A DNA stretch of 62,131 nucleotides, filler included, from Sluysia triapertura (lineage: Eukaryota): assembly GCA_046118255.1 (NCBI GenBank). It is 5 parts of 5 records of this genome, joined end to end, with 100 filler letters (N's around TTAATTAATTAA, not from the genome) between each part and the next. Parts side by side here need not be neighbours in the genome. Positions count along the whole stretch, not along the records: positions 25,243 to 37,566 come from JBJNIA010119306.1; 4 more parts are not named here. One strand, given 5' to 3'. A program made the translations under genes and the position numbers. Positions 25,666 to 37,666 of the stretch are shown here, one piece after another. Within the stretch, counting starts at the first letter, position 1, and every line of letters starts with the position of its first letter. The notes beneath the pieces are model-generated. The model searched no databases. It worked only from the letters and a program-made list of their open reading frames with translations, and had not been told where the DNA came from.

Positions 25666-26528
25666 ATGACTGATAATTTCTGGCGATCTTTTATTTATTT
25701 AGAATGGTTATTAGATAAACATAATATCTTGAACAATCGTCAGAGCGATAATGATGAATTAAGTAATAAAGATAAATGTCAAGAAATAAGTATTTCTTTC
25801 AATGACGATAATTTCGTATTTGGTGAACGATTTAGTTTTCTACAACAAATTATATCTGAAGCGAAGACTTATTTTACAAATTCTCAAGCATTGTGTTTGA
25901 TATGGTGCAATGATCCATGGATATTAGTATTTGCAACATTAATCTTGGTATCTAAAATTAATGAATCTAACTTAATTCCCCAAAAGATAATTAGACAAAC
26001 TTGTAAAAATGTTGAAAGTCAAGTTGAATATCTTCATATACAAGACTTCGATCAATCCATGTCAAGTAAAAGATCCACTATTATCGATGACAAATCTAAT
26101 TTAAACATAATCGGAAATCCTTTAAAAAATGATCAAATTATTAATGAAGAAACTACTGAATACACGTAATGCTGAGGACAAAACTACCTTTTTCATTAAT
26201 TCTACAATTTGTCTTAAAATATTTAGAACTGAGTTATGTTTTAGAAGATTATCGTTTAGCTTTGCTGATGAAAACAATTGAATTTGGAAAAATCATTATA
26301 AATTTTCCTCAAATAAAGATTCCCCATCATATTGTCGAACATCATATAGATATGATCAATATTGCAGAAAATCTATACAATGCCCCTTCCAGGCCGAAAA
26401 GTCAGGGAATTGTATCAAATTCGGATTGTCATGTAAATATTTTCATTCAATTAGTCATGTTAGCAATAATATATCTGTATTACAAGAACATGTCCAACGC
26501 ATTTAAAATCTGGTACAACCCATCCTGA
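25666..26528 (+). pseudogene. Diverged cyclin C copy (frameshift at ~26169)
   Basis: MTDNFWRSFIYLEWLLDKHNIL..RQSD...LS aligns by eye to cyclin C MAGNFWQSSHYLQWILDKQDLL..RQKD...LS. GERFSFLQQIISEAKTYF matches GEHLKLRQQVIATATVYF; DPWILVFATLILVSKINE matches DPVLMAPTCVFLASKVEE; LPFSLILQFV matches HPYRPLLQYV. Confidence 0.82.
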
Positions 26529-27269
26529 ACTTCGGAAAAATCAGTTTTCAAAAATAACAGAGCACTCCAAGGAACATGAAAGCAATACTCAGTTATCTCT
26601 GTGTTATACAACAATAAAAATAAAGTAATCATAATTTTCAATAATCAATTAATACTTAATATTTGTTTTTTGTGTAATTTCAGGAACCTGCAACCAATGA
26701 AATTGACAATGTGTCCTTGGATAGATTTACCGGACAATAATAGCAACCACCATTTAATCCATAACTGTTTCAATTTTATAAGTGATTGTATTAAATATAT
26801 TACAATATCTATGTATTTTTATTTTGTAATTTTAAATTCAAATACTAAAATTAAACTAATAAAGTTTTTAATACCAACTCTGAAATTTACTATTCATAAC
26901 GATGATGTAAAATCTTATACTATTAATACTACAAATTTAACCAAATCATATTGCCCCTTACAGTATAAATAAGCAGAAATAAAACAGCTACAACTTCTAT
27001 CATTAACCTACTACGATTCGAGCATAACCATCGATCAATTTGATAAATCAAAGAACGTTTATTAGCTGTGAAACATATGTGGACTAGCTGGTTATTGAAA
27101 CATTTTATCAATCATAAATTAATTGTGTAAAACAATTACGTATTTTGTAGTTTCTGTCCGAACATAAAATAAATTTACTTAAATTTATTATAATTAATTG
27201 TAATGTTATTAATTCATTGTATAAATTAGTTTTATGAATAAATTTTGATATATTATATTAATTATTAAA

Positions 27270-27870
27270 GGACTTGGGATCAAAATTAGAGTAACCAGAG
27301 AAAGAGATGTAAACAAATTAAAGACTTTCTTTTTACTCTTTTACGACAGATCAAGTAGCTGATAGTTAAAAGTGGATAACTATTTATAATTGTGATTCAT
27401 TTGAAATTTTAAAATACATAAAAGGAAATTCTATTTCGAATAACTGAGACGAATATTCGAGTTCACACTTCCAAATATGGCAAATATAATAGACAAAGTA
27501 TAGATATTTCTTAGCCAGTTAATAAAAGAAAATTTATATTAATAAAAGATGGTAACTCTTATCAAATTCGAGTAGTAATATAAAGTGAGAATATTATTAG
27601 AAAAGTTAAATTGTAAAGATATTTAGACTATTACCAAAGACTAAGAGTTCATATTAGTGAAAGTTAAGAGTTTATTGAAAGGATTTCTAAAAGATTATAC
27701 TTCTAGTTAAATTTAATACAAGATTAATAATAGAGAAATTTAGAACATAATTAAAGAGTAAGAATCAATAAAGAAATTTAGATTATTAATAAAGAATAAG
27801 AGTTCATTCCAAGAATACACAAAGTCTATAAAATATAAACAGCATTCAAAGATAATCAGTTTTATCAAGA
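27270..27870 (+). repeat. Degenerate LTR-retrotransposon pol-like repeat (homologous segment at ~60150-60265)
   Basis: gtaatataaagtgagaatattattagaaa...tttagactattaccaaagactaagagttcat recurs nearly verbatim at 60200-60262. The pol assignment is weak. Confidence 0.45.
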
Positions 27871-28885
27871 AAAACAAAAAATTAATTTTTTAAATTTTTA
27901 CAATAATATAATGATAATAGTAATAATAATGATAATAATAATAGTAACAATAATAATGATAATAGCAATTTAATCCTTTTGTCATATAACTTAATCTTTT
28001 TAGAAATTAATTAGAATATTGTAATCAATAAAATAAAAAAACTCCATAATAAGCGAACATTCATACTTTTTAATAAATTTACAATAAAAATATATATTTA
28101 AAAGGGCTCATTGTCAATTTCTCTGATATTCGCGCATAAATCTAAAATATGAGTTACTCATATCCAAACTTGATTGTACTATTTTCAATATTAATTGATC
28201 TTCTGTATGACAATACTTCTTCAATTGGATTGTAAGTTGTGGAGAATGCGATGGAATAAATTTTATCTCATGATTATTCTTGACACATATCAGATGCAAG
28301 ATGTGATTTATGTATAGGTGTATTATCCATAAATTATTTTCCTCCAGATTAATAATAAGACTCAGCAAAAAAATTTATACTCATCACTATTATAATTGCT
28401 ACACCATCTTCATATCCTTTTATCATTTCTAGTCTAATTTCATTCACTATTTTTATTCGGCATTTTTTTGTTAAAAAAGATTCAATAAATTTATTAATTG
28501 TTTTAATATAATGCTTAAATTATATGACAAAATGATTAAATTATTTGACAAAATATATTAAATTATTCGAAAAACACAATAATGATAATAATAGTGATAG
28601 TGATATAGTGATAATAATAATGATAATGGTGATAATAATAATAATGATAATAATAATAATACTTTTATTTCTCTGTGCTTTACGTAAATATCTTCAGAAT
28701 TTTGATCTATTTTATACTTTGTATATAAATAAATTTTTAAGTTTAGATTTAATAATAATAGTTAATAAATATTATTATAGTTTAACAATTTTGAAAGAGG
28801 ACTGAATGCTGAAATAAAGTAGACCGAATGCTGACTCAAAGTCAGTTCAAGAAATAATCATCCAATCATTTCATTATAAACTAAC

Positions 28886-29136
28886 ATCAAGACACTGATT
28901 AGCCAATTGAGTTTCATTGAACATTCTGGCTTGTGACAGCAACATAAATGCATTATCGGGAGATAAATGTAATCTCAGGAATTCAACACAAGCCTTCTCC
29001 AAAGTGGGAACAGCGTACTTCTTGGCAGTGTACAGTGTGGTCATAACTATATCAGGTCCCAGATGTATTTGATCGGTGTAGATGAATTTCAAAAGACATA
29101 AGAACGAAATAGGATCAACATCAGTTATTGAAATTT
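28886..29136 (-). CDS. BTB/POZ-BACK protein BTBD1/BTBD2-like, internal exon
   Basis: 251-nt exon (atttag| ... GAT|gttagt) encoding [97 protein letters not shown] and DNAFMLL.QAR are characteristic of BTBD1/2. Confidence 0.92.
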
Positions 29137-29814
29137 CTAAATAAAATTATTATCAAATATTTCTTATAAACTATAAATACGAAAGAACACTGAACGACGC
29201 ATGACAAACCCACTTAGCAAAGTAGAAAATAGAGCCACGGATAGATGGCCATAGTGAAAGATATTAACAATTTATGAGCAGCAATGTCATTATGATACAT
29301 GGAGGAGGGGTTCACAAAGGACCGGGGAAAGGAAACACTGGAAATAAATGGATAATTTTTAAATTATCTCCATTAAATAAATTTTAAATTTTCTATAGAT
29401 AAAAGATAAAATGAAGTAATTACATTTTAAAATAAAATCATTTAAGCACACAACTTTTATAAGTGCATTATTTAACACAGTTGTAACTAAAGAAATTGAA
29501 CTAACTCCATCTTCAATAATCTCTTTATAGTATTTATTGAACAAATTTGAATTTTATTATTTTATTATATTATAATATTATAATAATGATCATATTATTA
29601 CAGTAAAAATGAATTAGAAAGAGAAAATGTTCTCTTTTCCTAGTATAAATAAATACTAGTTTCTCATAATTTTTCACAAAATTAGATTATTAATTTTAAA
29701 TACTTAAAATTTAGTACCAATTCATATATCTTCATATATCCAATACAACTAAAAATATTCCAATTAAAAGTGTGTTCATTACCATTATTATTATTATTTA
29801 AATATTTGAATTTC

Positions 29815-30650
29815 AACCCAAAAATTCGTTCCCGGATCTATGGAGGCGTGTGATGACTTCCCGGCTACGCACAAAAATACGTCGATGTGGATTCGAAAGC
29901 TTCCTCCATACGCCAGTTTCCCTGAGAAAAGTATGGAGTGAAGTTTTCCTGCTCAAAACGACTTTTTCTAAAAGTGGTATGGTTTCATGTTCCTCGTTCT
30001 CCTCCCAATCGTTCCTGGTATCGTTTTCTGCCATGGTATCCTCTTCGTCCAAGACTATTGTTCTAACCAACTCTGTTCTTTGGATCCTGGCTTCTCCTCT
30101 GTCTCTCACCTCTGCTCTGCTGTTGCCGAGCTTCACGCACGGGGTCTGTATCCAGCTAGACCATTGCTTCGTATGTATCCTGCATACCGTGCTCGAGAAG
30201 TGAATGCAGATAACCTGGCTGTTCCTGGACGGGGTTTTACTTGCGTGGTCGATTCTTATCAATTGCTGGTGCTACAAGACCACAAGCTCTCCGCACCTGC
30301 TCGCCAGTGTTTCGCATGGGGTCCTGTTCCTGCATCCTTTCATGAGTATGAAGATTTCCGTGCTCAAGATGTGCTCGCTGTTGACCTTGGTGTTCCAGCT
30401 TATTTATTTTATTTATTTAAAATCTTTGGGCATCCAAGTTCCCCTAAAACCAAATTGGTACCACGGCGCTCATCGAACCTTAAACAGATTCCACAATGGC
30501 GTTCCCTCCGACCAACCAACGGCGTCTCAATGGTCGTTGGCGTACTCCCACATAAACCTGCTCGGACTATCACTATCATTGATAAACCTAAACCTTTAAA
30601 CTTTTTCATCAGCGTCCCCAATGACCTCCTGACTAATCCTGTCCCTTCCA
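29815..30650. other. GC-rich island with long ORFs on both strands, product unknown
   Basis: Visibly much more GC-rich than the flanks. Contains a 261-aa + ORF (29987-30772) and an in-register - ORF (29813-30262). Confidence 0.5.
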
Positions 30651-31082
30651 ACTTTCCTCAACTTACATTTCTTTATACTCTTGATTTTTATTCTGAAATT
30701 TTTATAATTAAATGTTTTGTTGTAAATAATAAATTATTCGATAAAGTAAAGGTCCTTAAGACCCATTTTTAAGACCCATTTAATCCTTAAGACCCTAACC
30801 CTAACAATTGAGTAATTTTGTAATAAAATTACTAAAAAATTTTATTTCATTAACTTGTAAACAAATTTATATGCATAAACATTGTTTTAACTTTAATAAA
30901 AAAAATACCTTTTAACACAACTATTTCAACTTTATACATTAAACTTTAAAACTTAATTTTGCTAATAATAGTCCTCTAGAATAATTAAAGAACCAAATTA
31001 ACGTTTCCAGAAAATATCGCTGATTCTGTACCTTAATACGTCAAATCTTCCAATCACAATTCTTACACAGAGAACGACTTAG

Positions 31083-31467
31083 TGTAACGACACGAAATTC
31101 TGAATTAATCTTACTATTTCATATAAAAAATCGATTCTACGATTCGGTAGTAAACTTAATTTTTCACAAGATCCTTAAAATATTAATATATAAACTCGCT
31201 TAGTATAAGCGGAAAACTAATTCTTAAATAGCATTATCAATTAGATTGACATATTATGTTCCTTGGAATTCAAGCATAATTATAGATACTATAATTAACA
31301 GTTATTAATTCTCTACATTCTCTAACTATTGACAAATAAGAGAAAGAATTATCTTTATTTAATTCTTTTCAAATTGTAAAACCTACATTGACTTACTTAA
31401 ACTTTTCTTCAAATCATACGATCTAGCCCTTCAGTGTATAAGCCTAGGATCGAAGGTGGACTCACAC
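31083..31467 (+). mobile_element. Solo-LTR-like repeat
   Basis: Starts tgtaacga and ends tacgatctagcccttcagtgtataagcctaggatcgaaggtggactcacac. The same terminal motif is at 40500-40550 and a related one (minus strand) at ~51415-51455, just upstream of the gypsy PBS. Confidence 0.55.
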
Positions 31468-31969
31468 TATATTTTTATTTATAGCTTATTTATAACAGTT
31501 TGAAAGGGTTTTGTAGTTATACGCTAAGAGTATGTAAAATGAGTATGTTCTACAGGTGTGTGTGGGTATTTGTACAAACGATAACCTTTTAAATACTTTA
31601 ACTAGAATAATTCAAATAACTTTTGTAAAACATTAACTACTTTTGAAATAATTTCAAACTTCATTTTAACCGACTTTATTTATCTCATTAAGCCATTTTA
31701 TTAAAATTCAAGTTAAAGTTCTTTTTTTAAGTATTATTTTATTGTTTTGTTTATTTTTAATTGATAAGTTTTTGTTGTGCCTAGCAAGAAAAAATGATAT
31801 TTCGCTAGTTAATTTCATCAAGGCTCGATGAGAGAAAATTTTGAGGTATCATTTGATGTTACGCGCTTGTTTATTCATCATTTTATAATTATTATAATTA
31901 TTATAATAATTACGATTATAATTATAATTATTATTATATTCTAATAATAATAGAATCATATTCTAAATA

Positions 31970-32645
31970 ATGATTCTATTGGCAGATTTACGCTGTATGT
32001 TTTCTTTGTTCTTTGAATTTGGTAAATCGAATCTCAAGGTTTATACAAAAACAAAAGAATAAGCATTATACTGTTGCTTAGACAATCAGTGACACAACAC
32101 TTCGTCAGTTAAGCATGAGACGCGAATCATTTTCCATAATGAACTTTTTGAATACCAGTTATTTCATATTAAATTAACTCTGAAATTGTTAGATAATTTT
32201 CTAAACATGATTACATTCGATTGAAAGTAAACCCTTTATTCAATGTTCCATTAATTAGCTATACCGTCAGAAAGACCAGCAACAAGATTGAAGAATTGGG
32301 TGGTATGTAATTTTTGTTTCATCCAGCTGTAGTACAATCCTTGTTCTATCTGACCGGGGTCTCCTTACAGACGATCACCGACTTGAATCATTCGATGAAG
32401 TTGAAGCCTGTCAAGAATTTTTCAATTAAAAGTTGGAGTGATATTTCGACCAAATTCGAAAGCATCCAGAAAGTGGTCGACGATGATGGTCTTTATTTTG
32501 AAGTAATCGATAAAAGAATAATCAAAAACGAGTCTACCTACGATCCTAGTCCACAGAATAGAAATGTTAAAAGTCGATTTACTCAGGTTACCAATTAAGG
32601 AACGGTCACTTAACAAAGGTTGAAGTATATTCCAACAGGGGTGTG
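31970..32645 (+). mobile_element. Possible Ty3/gypsy integrase C-terminus/chromodomain remnant
   Basis: FHPAVVQSLFYLTG and DDDGLYFEVIDKRI resemble integrase C-terminal and chromodomain-start motifs; purine-rich aacagggg|tg follows. Weak. Confidence 0.35.
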
Positions 32646-34232
32646 TCGAATCTCTTTCCTCTTTTTAGTGAATTTAATGAGATTTTAAAACTGTGTATGT
32701 GCTTGTTAATATTCCGCTTTTCCGCGAGATTATTAGTTTGATTTTATTGAGGTTCCATATAAATAGAACCTATGAGGAGTAATTTATCGAACTTAGTATT
32801 TTGAGTGACTCTGTATTAGTAAAGATTTTAGGTATAAATTAATTCGATATAATTTAATATAATTTACTTTTGATCCAATTATATGAAATTTTACTTAAAA
32901 TTCATAAATATTACATAAAATTCAACAAATATTAAGTATTATAATTTAGAAAATCAGTATTAATTTTACCTTATAGCAATAATGATCACGAATAATAACA
33001 TTAATAATGAGTTTACTAAGATTATTAACTGAAATGTAATAATCTTGTTAATGAAAATTTAGTCAAGATTTTTTAATTAACCAAATTAAATAATTCAAAA
33101 ATTTTACAGAAGTTTTTTTAGTCAATTTTAAAGTTGTCGTAGACCTATATACAAAAACTAACAAAACTTCAAATTCCAAAATGAATCAATTGAAAAGACC
33201 TGTCTAGGTATGACAGATTAATTTAAAGATTTTCACAATCGGTGGAATGACATAGGTTCGAAGATCAATAGTTGAAGATATACTATTCAAAATCAATGTT
33301 TGAAAAACAATTAAATTATTAGTTATTATTTATACACTAGTTTTACGATAATATGATGCACTTTGTGTAGTGGCCAACACTCATAATTTAAAATCTATCA
33401 AAATACACCAACACAAACACTATAAGCAACACTCCATATATATAACATTCCATCAACTTACACATTAACAATTCAACTAACGCTTTTAACCATCCATACT
33501 ACAACAAACTCCGACATTTAATCTCGAATAAGATATTTTTACAAACAAACCACAATCACGATATAAAATACACAAACCATAAACATAATAACACCATTCA
33601 ATAACGTTAAGAAGCACCTCAGAAATATAAATCGTTTACATTAAACTCTGTAACCAACTCCAGCAAGCTAAATCTACTTCATATACACATATTCATCATC
33701 AACAATCACTCCTATTAACATAATATATTAAGATTTATTTTGTAATTGTCTGTTAAAACTAAAATAACTTTTACCTTTCATTAAACATCTCAAACCATTA
33801 TGTTCAATGCATAAATCATGTTTTCAATTATAAATCTTCAAGAAATTTCAAGAAATTATTCTAACATTCTTCATTCCACTTACAACTTAAACCATTACTT
33901 CTTTCAAAACAAATAAGATAACTTTAAAGATTTCATTATCATACTGTGAAGCAACAACTACAAATGATACATTATATACTTAGTTACTGTTGTTCCTTCA
34001 CAGTATAACATTTGTTTTGATCCTTTTATTTCATTTATAAGTTAGAACGTTTAAGAATTATAAAGAAAAAAGATCTTGTGTTCAGTACAATTAAAAGATT
34101 TATGCGGTTTTAATTTTTAACAGTAATAATAATAACAGTAACTTTATTGTTCTTATTATTATTACTGTATTATTGTTGTACTTTTCAATCATTTAATTGT
34201 TAATCATTTTTGGCTAAATTAATTACTGTTAC

Positions 34233-34378
34233 CATCAGTACTGATCACATTATTTAAAAACGTCATTAGAATGTCATTACTGATGACGGTTGTCAATCTA
34301 TAATGCACAAATAATAATCACTCACAACCCAATCAGAGTACATATTTCTTACCATTCTCTCAAATACTCTGATTGGGT
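34233..34378 (+). promoter_or_regulatory. Double stem-loop upstream element, copy C
   Basis: IR catcagtactga/tcattactgatg (34233-34244/34274-34285, 11/12) and perfect 14-bp IR acccaatcagagta/tactctgattgggt (34327-34340/34365-34378, 24-nt spacer), ~123 nt before the ATG at 34502. Confidence 0.6.
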
Positions 34379-34501
34379 ATACTAAAAATAGTGTGAAGCT
34401 GAAAACAAAAATAATAAAATTCACTATTTTTCAAAAATTTTTACCAGTGTCATTTTTGTTGGTGTGAATAACAAAATTGCTAAATCGGATAACTTAAAAA
34501 G

Positions 34502-36142
34502 ATGTATTCAAATAATTACTATCATTGTTCAATTGATGTTGATGGAATTAAGGATTTACATTTATTTGATAAAGTATGTTTTGATTTAGGCGATGTTTTA
34601 GAAAAAGATTATTTTCGTTCACGGATTTCAAAAAACGGTAAGGAATTAAATTGGTTAATAAATTTTAAACTTGTTTTGAAACAAACAAAAAACATGAAAA
34701 CGAATCCATCTAAATTTGTAATAAAACATTATCATCAAAATTCAACGATTGATTTAATGAATAATAATCCAGATGAATCAATTTATGTCTTACAGATTGT
34801 AATGTTTAACCCAGATATAAGTCTAGAAGCAAATGAAAAGTTTAAGTTAAATATAGATGCTCTAAGAAAATATGTTACTGTCTACAGAACATACATGAAT
34901 CTCTTTCATAAAATAGAATATGATGATTTAGTTAAAGCTTTCACAAAATAGACTGGTCTAGTTAATAAAAATGTATTACCAGTACTAGATAACTACTCAC
35001 GATTAGCTAACTGGTTAAAAGATAAAATGAAGATTCTACGATCAACAAACTGCAATGGGTTTGTCAATGAAGATCCCTTCAGGATTAACAAAATGCATCT
35101 TATGTCTATTGACCTAAAATTATTAAAAATCACGACATCACGAGAAAGCAATCATGACGAAATTCATGAAAGTACAAGAAGTTCAGTGTTTATTGGCGAA
35201 AGGATAAAAACCTTCATGAATTATAAAAGCGATAAAGAAAAGTCAACTACATTTTGTAGCCATCACGATGATCAAATACTCTCTACAAACCATGATTGTC
35301 AATGCAAATTGCTATACCATGGGTCATTTCTGATTAATCCTGCTATGTTAGGTGATTTTTGTGACTTAATGTTATTAAGTAAAATTATAACTTCAATCAT
35401 TGAATTTGCCGACGTATTTTACATTATACTTGATTTTGTTAGTTTTAAGTTTATATTTTTATATGATTGTCATTTAGATAATAAGCAATTCAATCGGATC
35501 CCGGAAATGCAACAAGAAGAACAAGGGAAAAGCGAGATCAGAAGTCAACAAATAAAGAATATGATTAAGATGTTTTTTAGAATTTAATTTAGTATACAAA
35601 ATTTTAGTTATTTAATAAAATATCGCAATTATTGTTTTGTATTTGTAATTTATTTTTTCCAGAATAAGTTATTGAATTCATCTCAAAATAAAATATATAA
35701 GTTTGAGCCAAGTTTTACTATACTTACGAAAGCATTTTACGATAACAACGAAATTAACAAACTTTATAAAACTTTTAAAATAAATAAGCTTAAGCAATTA
35801 ACGAAACTCGATAGAGTACTGACAATCTTTTATTTAATCTTACATATGACCATAAGTGTGCTGCACAGACATTCACTTATTGATGAAACTCAAATCTATC
35901 TAACAAGTTTATTAATTAAAATTACATCTTCAAAATTAAGTATAAAATTAAAATCAAACGTTAGTAACAAGCCCTTAATGCAAACCAAGATTTTAAATTT
36001 TTATATTGAATTGTCTAAATTACCTTCAAAACATTTCATTAAATATTATCTAACATCATATGCCATACCACCCTCCATAGTAAATACAAATTTATTGTTT
36101 ATTTTAAGTTATATCAATGATTTTATTTTTCGAATATCTTAA
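34502..36142 (+). pseudogene. Highly diverged retinoblastoma-family (p107/p130-like) gene
   Basis: 34502-35587 is one frame with a single TAG at 34949-34951; a probable short intron ends at ttccag| 35662. By-eye matches to the RbN region: FDKVCFDL ~ FEELCSRL; GKELNWL ~ GNDLHWL; VTVYRTYMNLFHKI ~ AVIFKKYEPIFQDI; LLYHGSFLINPAMLGDFCDLMLLSKIITSIIEF ~ IFHFCWVLFIYAKGNF...DDLVNSYHLLLCALDL. Confidence 0.5.
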
Positions 36143-37566
36143 GATTACTCAAATGCATAGAAAGTTCTCAAAGATTCCTAAAGGTTAGTAAAGTTTCAGA
36201 TGATCTCAATGTTCATAAGTTCAAAACATTTTAGAGACAATCTCAAGCCTGCGCAATGTCTCAACAACTTATGTAGGTCTTTCGAACTCCAATTGTTTCC
36301 ATCTTCATGATTTACTCCAACAATGTTCATAATGTTTAATCAACCACTCTGCATCAATTTTTCATATGAATCAGTTATCAGTTCTATACATTCACTACTT
36401 ATATCTTGTTCAACAGCAGGGCAACCCCAACATTGATAACAACCTGACGTTGTCACATTTTACTTAATTAATTAAAATCTTTCATTCTTTTAATATTTTA
36501 ATCAAACTTAAATTTTATAATGTACCAAATTATTTGTAATCATATTATTTGAAGCACATTAATATTAGTCTTAAACACTTTTATTTTTATTTAACTATGT
36601 TGTATTTTAGTTTAAATTAATAACAATAACACAATACATGATTAAATTAGTCTGAAATCATGACATTAGCGAATAGATAATGACAGTGTACATTATTTAT
36701 GATAATTGATTGTTTTGTATTTATCGATTCATTATACGTTGTCTTATAAATTGTTTTAAATCATTGACTATTTTTGTGGATTTTTATTTTATTAAAAGAT
36801 TTAAAATGTACGTTTTATTTTGAATATTATTTTTTAATTTTTTATAAATATTATTAATATTAATTTTGCTTTTTAACATTAAATATTAATTTTTAAACCA
36901 AAAATCTGGTCAAGGTCAAAGAAAAACTTATACAAATAGCTAACAAATTTCACCACATAATATATTAACATTTCTTTGACGAGAAAACTTTTAAAAAATC
37001 GCGACAGTAAATTTTTGATCGACACCAAATTCATAGCGGTTCTACTGTTAGATATGGAAAACCTTTTGACCAGATTTTCATTCAATTTTTATATAATAAC
37101 CATTAGTTTATTTATGATAAGATCAGATATTCTAGTGATATCTACGTAAAAATATATTCAAACTATTTAATATTCACTTTAAATCTTTTATTAGATCTAC
37201 GAAAAATCTTTTGTTAAAATATTATTGAAATTCGAATTACTTTTAGTAATTCTATTGTAAATTATATTATTATATTACATTTTTATTTATATTCTGTAAC
37301 AATTTATTCTATTCATTTTTTAATAAAAATTTTCGGTAACGTTTATTAATCTTTATTAAATAGTTTCAAATATAAAATAAATACTACGAAAAGGCAAAGT
37401 ATTTATCAACGATCCTTTTCATAGGATCTAGGTAAAATATTAATTAAAGTATTTTTTACAAACATCCAGAATTACTGAAAAACTTTCACAAGTAGGACCA
37501 ACTAAAGAAGTTTCCTTTTTAAATAACGTTACAATTCTTTTTACTCTTATCTACAAAATCCAACGG

Positions 37567-37666
37567 NNNNNNNNNNNNNNNNNNNNNNNNNNNNNNNNNN
37601 NNNNNNNNNNTTAATTAATTAANNNNNNNNNNNNNNNNNNNNNNNNNNNNNNNNNNNNNNNNNNNN
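37567..37666. other. Artificial contig linker
   Basis: N44-TTAATTAATTAA-N44. Confidence 0.97.

Noticed and set aside
30793-30804. True telomere or telomere-addition site
   Set aside because: Only two CCCTAA units, internal to a contig.
34949-34951. UAG recoding suggested by in-frame TAGs here, in 9223-9369 and at ~30272
   Set aside because: The RUN-CCCH locus also has frameshifts, the confident host exons contain no internal TAG, and TGG/CAG to TAG decay explains the pattern.
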